Shown: piece by piece, positions 28,228-36,212 of the stretch | How the letters are laid out: each line of letters starts with the position of its first letter | Numbering within the stretch: position 1 is the stretch's first letter | Source: a virus | Taxonomy: Duplodnaviria; Caudoviricetes | Length of the DNA stretch: 45,450 nt | Reading direction: 5' to 3' (one strand) | IMG/VR virus record: IMGVR_UViG_3300035130_000164 | Span: 1 to 45,450 of that record | Notes under the pieces: model-generated | What the model saw: the letters and a program-made list of their open reading frames with translations, nothing else | Database searches by the model: none | What the model was told of the DNA's origin: nothing | Translations under genes and position numbers: made by a program

Positions 28228-29535
28228 CTATACAGTTTCATTCTCTACCTCATATTCCTGAATAAATTTTACTATCGCCTCGCTCCATCCATCAATATGA
28301 ATCCATTTCCCGTAGCCAACTCCATTTTGATAAGATGCTACATTTATTAGATACCCTTTATAATTAGGCTGCGGTACTTCATCATGGCTTTGTTCATCGG
28401 TAATTATTATAAGCCTGTCTCTATTGTATTTATCCAATTTTTCGATTGCCTCTCCAAGATAGGTACCAACATGATACAAAGATTTCAATTTATCCATTAT
28501 GGCAAATCCCCGGTAGTTGGGTACTTCTGTTGTTTTCTGCGAAAAAGCGAAAATTCTCACATCTTCGCACACTTCTCTCAACAGAATTGCCAGCCCGGCT
28601 GCTGCCTCTAATCTATCAATTTGTGATCTTGCTGATACCGCCATTCCAACCATACTGCCGGATACATCCACAAGCAGAATCGTTTTCCCGGTCAATTTTT
28701 TTTCTTTTGAAAGGCTTCTGTACATTCCCTCTTCCAGCTCACATGATAATGATGGATTCGTTTTCTGTGCTGCAATAAACCTAAAAGGCAGTATTCGTGA
28801 GAAATTAGCAGTTTTCATATATGTACAGATTAGTTTCTTATCTACACCGCTCTCGACCATATTCCTTAGATTTCGTAAAAAAGCCAATCCCCCGAGTTTC
28901 TTCTCTGCCATAAGCCGTACAAATGTGTTTTTCTTATCTGCACCACCAGAAAGAGCAACCTCCCAGGTATCCGGAGTTTTTAATTTACCATCTCTTAACC
29001 GTGCCCACATTCCGGCCTGCTCTTCCGTCCCGGGTTTCGGATGCACAAGCCTCATGACATCAAGTAGTGTGATTGCCTTTTTCCGGTTATACTTTGCAAG
29101 TTGATATTCATCGAACTTTGTGAAAGCCTTTGCTATTCCTTTTTTCATTTGGGCCGGAATAGACTTTTTGCCATTCATCCAATAGATAGATAATAACTCG
29201 GTCATTTCATCAGGTCTTTGTATTACCTGATTCACTGTATCGCTATCAAGTTTACACTGTTCTGCCAATGCCACACAAAGTAATAAAGGCACATGCCGTA
29301 GATACTGCTTTGTCCGGGCCTCTATTGCCAAAGCTTTGATTTTACTATCAGGAACCTTTTTACAAAGATCCTTTATTCTTTCTGCAATAGATACCCCGTC
29401 AACATAAAACTGATCTTCCCACAATAAACACGCCAATACAGACCGCCTTAACTCCTGATAAGGAGTTATTGCATGGGCCTTTGCTCCTTCATGAGTAATT
29501 CTTTCATTTCTGATTTTTCTGTTTAGACTCGCCAT
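28228..29535 (-). CDS. rsr: Ro60/Rsr-like TROVE-domain RNA-binding protein with C-terminal vWA domain
   Basis: THEGA, IQRPDEMTE, FDEYQLAKY, LVHPKP, TPDTWEVALS, LRNLRN, PFRF; MIDAS DVSGSM and IITDEQ; GGAGG RBS. Confidence 0.93.
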   Translation of the reverse strand: MASLNRKIRNERITHEGAKAHAITPYQELRRSVLACLLWEDQFYVDGVSIAERIKDLCKKVPDSKIKALAIEARTKQYLRHVPLLLCVALAEQCKLDSDTVNQVIQRPDEMTELLSIYWMNGKKSIPAQMKKGIAKAFTKFDEYQLAKYNRKKAITLLDVMRLVHPKPGTEEQAGMWARLRDGKLKTPDTWEVALSGGADKKNTFVRLMAEKKLGGLAFLRNLRNMVESGVDKKLICTYMKTANFSRILPFRFIAAQKTNPSLSCELEEGMYRSLSKEKKLTGKTILLVDVSGSMVGMAVSARSQIDRLEAAAGLAILLREVCEDVRIFAFSQKTTEVPNYRGFAIMDKLKSLYHVGTYLGEAIEKLDKYNRDRLIIITDEQSHDEVPQPNYKGYLINVASYQNGVGYGKWIHIDGWSEAIVKFIQEYEVENETV

Positions 29536-29562
29536 AGACTTACCTCCAGGTATTAAATTAAA

Positions 29563-29633
29563 AACCAGGGAAACTTGTCAAATACGGTAGTTTTCATTTT
29601 CAGTGAAGTATCCGTACTTTACCACCACTGGTT
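29563..29633 (-). ncRNA. short Y-RNA-like hairpin A
   Basis: AACCAG/CTGGTT terminal stem, TGGTG and AAGTTTCC internal loop, GTACGG/CCGTAT stem, ATACTTCACTG loop; adjacent to TROVE gene. Confidence 0.7.
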
Positions 29634-29635
29634 AA

Positions 29636-29763
29636 GAGGATTGACAGGACTCGAACCTGCGACCACTCGTTTAAAAAACGAAGTAACTCTGCTCTATCAC
29701 CACAATAAAGGGAAACTATCGAACAAAGAACATAAGTACTCTGCCATCTGAGCTACAATCCTC
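29636..29763 (-). ncRNA. tRNA-like/Y-RNA hybrid 2 (128 nt)
   Basis: GAGGATTG/CAATCCTC acceptor stem, D arm GCTC-AGATGGCA-GAGT, T arm GCAGG-TTCGAGT-CCTGT; anticodon loop replaced by Y-like module. Confidence 0.8.
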
Positions 29764-29767
29764 ACAA

Positions 29768-29896
29768 GGAGACTGACTGGATTTGAACCAGCGACACATA
29801 GTTTATAACGAAGTAATTCTACTCTACACCACTTTACAGGGTAACTTACGAATAGAATCTTTTCTCTATTGCTCTGCCATCTGAGCTACAGTCTCC
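29768..29896 (-). ncRNA. tRNA-like/Y-RNA hybrid 1 (129 nt)
   Basis: GGAGACTG/CAGTCTCC acceptor stem, D arm GCTC-AGATGGCA-GAGC, T arm GCTGG-TTCAAAT-CCAGT; anticodon loop replaced by Y-like module. Confidence 0.8.
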
Positions 29897-29901
29897 ATAT
29901 T

Positions 29902-29971
29902 AAAGAGGGAAACTTCCGAACACGGTTTTATTCATTTCCAGTGAAGTATCCGTGTTCTTTCACCACTCTTT
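29902..29971 (-). ncRNA. short Y-RNA-like hairpin D
   Basis: AAAGAG/CTCTTT terminal stem, GAACACGG/CCGTGTTC stem, same loop motifs as hairpin A with compensatory stem changes. Confidence 0.7.
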
Positions 29972-30050
29972 TATTCTATTCCTCCGCTCGGAAAGTAAGA
30001 TTGAGAAATAGATTTTTGTTATAGTTAGCTTTCCGAGCTCCATATTAATA

Positions 30051-30079
30051 ATAGTACTAAATTATTATAATTCTGTCAA
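30051..30079 (-). promoter_or_regulatory. sigma70-type promoter TTGACA-N17-TACTAT for RNA array and TROVE gene
   Basis: Consensus match; predicted start near 30043. Confidence 0.75.
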
Positions 30080-30423
30080 GTCTTTTTATTATTATTTATA
30101 CCCAATAACAAAATATTTGCCTGGGCTTTTGTTTTGTCCTGGTTTATGTGTATATCGATCTTCAAAGATGTGTTGCTTGCCCTGGCTATATCCAATGCTA
30201 GATTCTTAAACTCATCGTATTTGCCCTGCTCAACAAAACACATTGTATCTATTTTATCCGGATTATAATCAATCAGAAATATATTTATAATAACTTCTGT
30301 TTTTCCGGGATTGAAATTTAATTCAAACATGGAATGTGTCTGTATATTATTGGCTATTTCTAGAGCCAATTCCTCAAAGCGTAATAATTTTTGATGATCT
30401 ATGTATATTGCAAGCTTACTCAT
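30076..30423 (-). CDS. hypothetical protein with two internal repeats
   Basis: FEELALEIANN...NPGKTE and FKNLALDIARA...NQDKTK halves. Confidence 0.55.
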   Translation of the reverse strand: MSKLAIYIDHQKLLRFEELALEIANNIQTHSMFELNFNPGKTEVIINIFLIDYNPDKIDTMCFVEQGKYDEFKNLALDIARASNTSLKIDIHINQDKTKAQANILLLGINNNKKT

Positions 30424-30425
30424 TC

Positions 30426-32405
30426 TTATAAAGTAATCCCTAAAAAATCAGTATTTGGCACCAGCCTATCATAACAGATGCAATGCGGGTGAGGATTTAC
30501 AGGAAAATTCTCAGGTCTATATATCCCGGAGCCAAGGCCATCAATATCCTGTGTTGCATACTCATCGCAATTATGAACAAATATATTATTAGCACAATAA
30601 CTATTGTCTTTTTCAACTTCTAAATTATACACATCTATTTTGCCAATCTTTATTCTTTCCGTATATATTACTTGACCTTTTGTGTAGTTCATACTATTAT
30701 TGATATAATTTTTGTCAATACTGTGGAAAAGAAATCCAATATAATTACAGAGATTCTTCTCCTTCTCAAAAAAAGAAATTTTGCAATCGTTCCTGTTCTG
30801 CAAAAGCGAGATCAACCAAACTTCTAATTGTTTGTGAAGTATGTAAAAAACAGTTTTCAAGAAATCCTTCAATGATAAATAAACACAATTATTGTTCAAA
30901 AAAATGTTATTTAATTGCTCATTCAACTGAACAACAAACTTGTCCAACTTGTAAACAACATTTTGTTTCAAAAAGTTATTACTCAAAACAAATTTATTGT
31001 TCAATAAACTGTGTACCACGTACTGGCAAAAATAATCCAAATTATGGAATGCGCAGACCTGGTATGTGGAAAATGCCTGATAAACTTCGTGTAAGATATT
31101 CAAAAGAGCGTAAAGGGAGTGGCAATCCAAATTGGAAAGGTGGTATATCTTCTCAGAATTACCATTTTCACACAAATGCAAAAAATTATATGTTAAAAAA
31201 TTATACAAATATCTGTAATATTTGCAAATCACATCCTGCACAAATGCATCATATAATACCACGTCGTCTTTTTTATTATCCAGGAATGGCACATTTCCGC
31301 CAAAATTTAATTCTTCTTTGTTCAAAGTGCCATGGAAAAGCTGATCAGCTTTTCCGTTATCATTTAAAATCTCAGACTTTAAGACAATACCATTTAATAA
31401 ATTTCCTGCCTGAATCCATCCTTGTTCAGTTAATACAGGATGGTTTGGTGTCAAAATTAACATCCGAGTGCGATCTTTCTCCATATGATATGCAACAATT
31501 ACCAACTCTTTGTCCTGAATGGTTCTTTTGAATGTCCTTATAACTTTCTTGTATCTATTTTTATGAGTTAAAACTTTCATTCCCTTTTTAATATTTTCAA
31601 TATTTATAGTATCCTTGTTTGTTTTTATCTCAGAATACCTCCAAGTACAGATATCAAATTCAGGATGGGCCAGGCTTAGCTCAAACTTAATTCCATACAC
31701 CCAGAATTTCCCTTTCGCATATTCAACAGATCCAAGTCTGAATGCCCTATTCGTCTCAGTACGTAAAACTCTCATCACATTTTTGAAAGCTGACCTGTAC
31801 CTACCCCTCCCCGGGGGATTCTCTTTGAAGAAATCCCTCCACTTCTTTGTTCTCAGATCCACATCTGGCAATAAAAGAAATGATTTAATATGCTGATATA
31901 CATCAGAAAAATCTCGGTCATTCAGCATAGAATCAATCATATACCTACGTATATCATCAAGTGATATTTGATTTATATCCCATATCTTCTGAGACAGCTC
32001 AAGTCCATCCTCGCATTTCTCCATAGCTATTATCGCATCAATATACACCTGGTTGAAAACAAACTGCTGTATATCACTGTCAACAATCTCATCCGGGAGG
32101 ATGTCCTTAAACACTGTTATTTGTGACCTGGTGCTTTTTATACCATTCTTTATGCTTTTGTCTATGCTCTTTGAAATTATGCTGGTTGTTTTATCATCCA
32201 GTATATTTTTTGTATTATCCAGGTAATCGTTTATATCTTTCACATCTTCAATCGAACTCCCGGATATAATATTGCCTATTTTATTTGATTGTTTTTTATA
32301 CAAAGAAAAAAGCTTATCTTCAGCTTTCATTGTATCGATTATGTTTTTTTTATTATAGTTACCTGCGATTTGTTTTATTTTGTCTGTTATCTCTGATTCA
32401 GTCAT
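30426..32405 (-). CDS. minor head/head morphogenesis protein (Mu gpF/SPP1 gp7-like), intein-containing precursor
   Basis: RVLRTETNRAF; after splicing HPEFDI-CDEYA...PHPHCIC; located downstream of portal. Confidence 0.85.
   Translation of the reverse strand: MTESEITDKIKQIAGNYNKKNIIDTMKAEDKLFSLYKKQSNKIGNIISGSSIEDVKDINDYLDNTKNILDDKTTSIISKSIDKSIKNGIKSTRSQITVFKDILPDEIVDSDIQQFVFNQVYIDAIIAMEKCEDGLELSQKIWDINQISLDDIRRYMIDSMLNDRDFSDVYQHIKSFLLLPDVDLRTKKWRDFFKENPPGRGRYRSAFKNVMRVLRTETNRAFRLGSVEYAKGKFWVYGIKFELSLAHPEFDICTWRYSEIKTNKDTINIENIKKGMKVLTHKNRYKKVIRTFKRTIQDKELVIVAYHMEKDRTRMLILTPNHPVLTEQGWIQAGNLLNGIVLKSEILNDNGKADQLFHGTLNKEELNFGGNVPFLDNKKDDVVLYDAFVQDVICKYYRYLYNFLTYNFLHLCENGNSEKIYHLSNLDCHSLYALLNILHEVYQAFSTYQVCAFHNLDYFCQYVVHSLLNNKFVLSNNFLKQNVVYKLDKFVVQLNEQLNNIFLNNNCVYLSLKDFLKTVFYILHKQLEVWLISLLQNRNDCKISFFEKEKNLCNYIGFLFHSIDKNYINNSMNYTKGQVIYTERIKIGKIDVYNLEVEKDNSYCANNIFVHNCDEYATQDIDGLGSGIYRPENFPVNPHPHCICYDRLVPNTDFLGITL
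30672..30700 (+). promoter_or_regulatory. antisense promoter TTGACC-N17-TATTAT inside intein
   Basis: Consensus spacing immediately upstream of the open HNH frame. Confidence 0.55.
30872..31531 (+). CDS. HNH homing endonuclease with Cys repeats and NUMOD3-like motifs, antisense within intein
   Basis: YCSKKC, CPTC, YCSINC; GKNNPNYG, GSGNPNWKGG; CNIC...MHHIIP...NLILLCSKCH; frame is open from 30704 with further CxxC repeats. Confidence 0.88.
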   Translation: MINKHNYCSKKCYLIAHSTEQQTCPTCKQHFVSKSYYSKQIYCSINCVPRTGKNNPNYGMRRPGMWKMPDKLRVRYSKERKGSGNPNWKGGISSQNYHFHTNAKNYMLKNYTNICNICKSHPAQMHHIIPRRLFYYPGMAHFRQNLILLCSKCHGKADQLFRYHLKSQTLRQYHLINFLPESILVQLIQDGLVSKLTSECDLSPYDMQQLPTLCPEWFF

Positions 32406-32459
32406 TTCTCATAAACTCTTTATTGTATGGAAGGCCATGGGTAGATAGAAACTTATCTA

Positions 32460-32714
32460 TTACAAGAGTTCCTGGAGGATGGATAATAATTTCTTTATAT
32501 GTTTTTTTTTGTTATCATCCACCCATTCCTTCACAGTATCCAGGGTTGGAAAATATTTACCTTCTACTACAAAACCTGATTTTTTTTCTATTATCAAATA
32601 CCCTTTATAATCATGCTCTCTCACAGTGTGATATCCTTGTTTTTTTGCAAGTTCCAACTTGTTCTTAAAATTATTTGTTATCTTCATACTACTCCCTATT
32701 ACTTCTTCTGCCAT
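32460..32714 (-). CDS. hypothetical protein (N-terminus shared with 26464-26715)
   Basis: AAGGAG RBS; 76-bp duplication. Confidence 0.5.
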   Translation of the reverse strand: MAEEVIGSSMKITNNFKNKLELAKKQGYHTVREHDYKGYLIIEKKSGFVVEGKYFPTLDTVKEWVDDNKKKHIKKLLSILQELL

Positions 32715-32974
32715 TCTATGTTACTCCTTATAAAAATCCTAATACTGAAAATCCAACTACATATATTGCTCCACAAATCCATACTGCTTTAATAAATATT
32801 GACATATCTTTAGAATAAGAAAACATAAACAACGTCAACCCAGCATAAACTATTGAAGGAAGCAAAAGCATAATCCGTGATAATATTCTGTCAAATAAAT
32901 CATTCATCCCATTAACTCCTATCTATTTTTAGGGTACCATCATTTATCTTTTTATCATTCTTCATAGCAACTCC

Positions 32975-34456
32975 TTATTTTCCCCCACTTATATATTGCT
33001 TCCTTGCCTTTTTAAAACTCTCCTCTGCCTCTCTGTCATTAACATCTTCATCTTCCTCATCTTCTCTTCCTTCTTCACCTTCCTGCTGTATCATTTCCTG
33101 CTCTGAATCATAATCAAGATCAAGTTTCCCTGAATAAGTCCGTAAAGAAATAGCCCCTTCACCCCTCTGCATTCCCAATGCTTTCGTTTCCGTTAATATT
33201 TCCCGGTGGACAAGTTCAGGGAATACTATGTGTGCTTCGATTTTTATTTCCTGCATCTCCGTAATTTCCTTTTGTTCCCCGGTCTTAGAATCAACCTCCA
33301 CAGTTGTCACTTCCTCAAATTTTGGTATGTTTCCACTTTTCAATGCGTGCTCCATTACCTTTTCATAGATGCTCTCAAACGTATCCTGGAAAAAATCCTG
33401 CCAGTCCTGAAATTCCTTTACCCCGGGGGCTTCACTTACAAGAGAACTCGCATAATTTGCGTTTGAGGGATCACTGCTTACCATCCAGTTTGGTATCCCT
33501 GGACCGGCTGCAATCATATTCAACAAAGCATATCCATCGTGCTGTGCGTCATTGGCCTGCATGTTCGGGGTCTTAAACTCATAATCAACAGACGGCTTTG
33601 TAGTGATGATACTCACACCCTCTGGTAATCGTGCATATTCAGATCCATCAGGGGCCCGCCTTTGTGTCGTTGCGTTTTGTCCAGCTATATTCCTTACCTG
33701 AGCAGTAGTTCCTTTTACTTTCTTTATCAATGCCATCACAGTTCTTATTTTATGAGCTTTCATCCGGTCTGTTATCCACCCTGGGTATTGAGCAAGCGGT
33801 TTCGCAATAGGCTCCAGTACAGTTCTTCCTCTCTTTACATCTGAGTCTACAAATAATTTTTCGTGTATTACTTCTTCTGAAGGAACAAAATCGCTTCCAT
33901 AATGATACCCTTTTACATCCTCTATATCATCAGGATTCGTTCTTATTCCATAGCTATCTTTATCATCCGGATCTTTTACTTTGAGCGGATTCATAAATCT
34001 TATCTTTACCGTACCGTCTACCCCGTAAAAAAACCTTATAAAAACCTCACCGTCTCTAATTGCCCTACGTATTATTTCTTTTCTCTTCCTGGACATTTTA
34101 TTCTTCTTTTGAAAAGCTTTCCAAGTCTCAAGCCATAACTCATTATCAGTCTTGGGGTGTATCTGGAATCCTCTTCCTGTTACATACTTTTCATATAACC
34201 TTATAATACCCCTGGCATGACTATTTTTAAAATAAAATTTCTGTGCTTGTCTGATAAGATCAAAATGATCAGACTCTGACAGTTGCTTTTCTTCGTTATT
34301 CCCCAATTCCATCCATTTAGCTTCATCCTCATCTTCAAACTGCTTTTTTAATCTCTCAACATCCCTTATTGATTCTGCTATTATTTTCTGTTCGTGTAAT
34401 TTATTATTAAGCTCTATTCTTTTAAGCTCTTGTTTTAGTCTGAATGTTTCAAACAT
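32975..34456 (-). CDS. portal protein
   Basis: RRAIRDGEVFI, KRGRTVL, GIPNWMVSSDPSNANYASS; follows terminase. Confidence 0.88.
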   Translation of the reverse strand: MFETFRLKQELKRIELNNKLHEQKIIAESIRDVERLKKQFEDEDEAKWMELGNNEEKQLSESDHFDLIRQAQKFYFKNSHARGIIRLYEKYVTGRGFQIHPKTDNELWLETWKAFQKKNKMSRKRKEIIRRAIRDGEVFIRFFYGVDGTVKIRFMNPLKVKDPDDKDSYGIRTNPDDIEDVKGYHYGSDFVPSEEVIHEKLFVDSDVKRGRTVLEPIAKPLAQYPGWITDRMKAHKIRTVMALIKKVKGTTAQVRNIAGQNATTQRRAPDGSEYARLPEGVSIITTKPSVDYEFKTPNMQANDAQHDGYALLNMIAAGPGIPNWMVSSDPSNANYASSLVSEAPGVKEFQDWQDFFQDTFESIYEKVMEHALKSGNIPKFEEVTTVEVDSKTGEQKEITEMQEIKIEAHIVFPELVHREILTETKALGMQRGEGAISLRTYSGKLDLDYDSEQEMIQQEGEEGREDEEDEDVNDREAEESFKKARKQYISGGK

Positions 34457-34698
34457 ACCATCCTCTTTTTCTTCCAGTAGTACACCGTATGTCTACTAAT
34501 ATTAAACACTTTAGCTGCGTATTTAGTCCCGTATAGAGCATCAATCCCTAACAATTCATCAATATTTCTTTTCTTATTCTTTATAATTTCCATCCGGTTC
34601 AACTCTTCTTTGCTCAACTCAATCTCAATATTTCCTGGGTATCTTAACAACACAGAAAATCCATTTTCTATTATGTCGCCATTTATAGCTTTACTCAT
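34435..34698 (-). CDS. small HTH protein between terminase and portal
   Basis: TKYAAKVFNISRHTVYYWKK. Confidence 0.6.
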   Translation of the reverse strand: MSKAINGDIIENGFSVLLRYPGNIEIELSKEELNRMEIIKNKKRNIDELLGIDALYGTKYAAKVFNISRHTVYYWKKKRMVCLKHSD

Positions 34699-36125
34699 AT
34701 CTCCAATATTTCCCTTAAATCAGCACAGCAATATACCAGTGCATCTGCTTTATTTGTCGACCGCCCTATCCGTTTTTTCACTTCTTCTTTTTCTTCAATT
34801 TTTATTTTACCGTTTGAAATAGGTTTGTATTTCACAGCGGTTAATTCCTCGATTAACTCCTCATCATCCGGGATGGATAACACGTTCCCTTCGTAGTACT
34901 GCCTTTCAAACAATCTACGCAGATCAAACCACATCTGTGCACGTAAATTCGTGAACTCCTGCACCTTGCTTGGAGCCGGGCTATTCCTGCTATCAACACC
35001 AATAACCGGTATCCCCAATTCTGCCAATCGGTGAAAGGGGCCATTACCAACTCCAATCATATCTATTCTCACAATCCCAGTGTCTCTTATTCTCACTACT
35101 TCCCCGGTTGTTCCCATCGTATTTTCATCTATCCAAGCATATACCAATACTACTTTTTTGTCAACTTTTTTTACCAGAGCAGAGGGATCTCCTCCTGCAC
35201 CAATATCCAAACCATATGTCACTTCATTTGAAGAAATCTCTACCTCTGCGTTTACGGCTGATTCTACCCATGCCAGCGGGATCGCATTGTACATACCTAT
35301 CCCAGAAAGGTTCCCTAAAACTTTCGTTTCCCACAGATCCTTTCTTACTATTTTCCAAGTATTTATTTTATCTTCAATCCAGTTTTCATCAACAATCTGT
35401 ATTTTCTTTTTTAATTCTTCAGACCATTCTCTTTTATTTTTCGGTTTACCGTATTCATACAGCTCTTTACATATATGATTTTTCGATATTTCTTTATGAA
35501 AATTTGGATGTACAAATGGAGAATCAAACGCAGACAAATGAATAGTTTTCCACTGGGTTCTTTCTTTTGTGTGGTGTCTATAAAACGGAGTCTGCTGGTC
35601 TGCCCCATCCGTTGTCGATATTTCCAATATTTTTGAATTACCACCAGTCATTGATCCTTCTATAGAATCATAGATCCAGGGTTCCATCCCCTTTGCTTCA
35701 TCCAATACCCAGAGAATATTTGGAGAATGATACCCTTCAACGTTCACAGCCCTGTCCGTCGCAAATCCAACCATGTACCATTCAGGTGCTATTTTTATTC
35801 TCAACTCCACTCTTTCGCCAAGAAGAAAGTTCCCGGTCCTGTTATATAGGGCATTTATTTCTTTCCAGAGCAGGTCCTTCACCTGTCTATTAACCGGGGC
35901 AGTTGATATTACTATTGAGTTTTCGTATAAATTTAAAAACATTACAGCTATCAAAGCTGCAACAAAGGTTTTTCCGATCCCGTGCGCTGATCTAATAGAT
36001 GTTCTTTTATTCTTCCACACCGTATCTATTATATATTTCATCCCAGACCAGGTACGTATCTTTAATCTTTTTTCTACAAACTTGAGTGGCTCAGCTATGT
36101 ATTTATCTATTAATTTCCCGCTCAT
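34695..36125 (-). CDS. terL: terminase large subunit
   Basis: Walker A SAHGIGKT, Walker B VLDEA, nuclease GLDIGAGGD, FTNLRAQMW, STNKADAL. Confidence 0.93.
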   Translation of the reverse strand: MSGKLIDKYIAEPLKFVEKRLKIRTWSGMKYIIDTVWKNKRTSIRSAHGIGKTFVAALIAVMFLNLYENSIVISTAPVNRQVKDLLWKEINALYNRTGNFLLGERVELRIKIAPEWYMVGFATDRAVNVEGYHSPNILWVLDEAKGMEPWIYDSIEGSMTGGNSKILEISTTDGADQQTPFYRHHTKERTQWKTIHLSAFDSPFVHPNFHKEISKNHICKELYEYGKPKNKREWSEELKKKIQIVDENWIEDKINTWKIVRKDLWETKVLGNLSGIGMYNAIPLAWVESAVNAEVEISSNEVTYGLDIGAGGDPSALVKKVDKKVVLVYAWIDENTMGTTGEVVRIRDTGIVRIDMIGVGNGPFHRLAELGIPVIGVDSRNSPAPSKVQEFTNLRAQMWFDLRRLFERQYYEGNVLSIPDDEELIEELTAVKYKPISNGKIKIEEKEEVKKRIGRSTNKADALVYCCADLREILEI

Positions 36126-36212
36126 TTATGCTACAAAATTTGATTATAAAACCCTCTTTCACTCCAATATCCAGAAGTCTGAATAATCATTTTCTCATCA
36201 CCTTTTTTTAAA

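Larger units (their letters stand above)
30570..31649 (-). mobile_element. intein (360 aa)
   Basis: Starts C-TWRYSEIKT...IENIKKGMKVLTH, block B LTPNHPVLT..GW..A..L, ends VYNLEVEKDNSYCANNIFVHN followed by extein Cys. Confidence 0.92.

Noticed and set aside
29636-29896. Ordinary tRNA genes or intron-containing tRNAs
   Set aside because: No 7-nt anticodon loop can be restored; inserts are too short for group I introns and match the neighbouring Y-like hairpins
29563-29971. CRISPR array
   Set aside because: Repeated motifs are short, degenerate and part of covarying stems; no constant repeat-spacer period and no cas genes
32598-32611. 14-bp match (YKGYLI) between the 32460 ORF and the TROVE C-terminus
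   Set aside because: Too short and AT-rich to distinguish from chance
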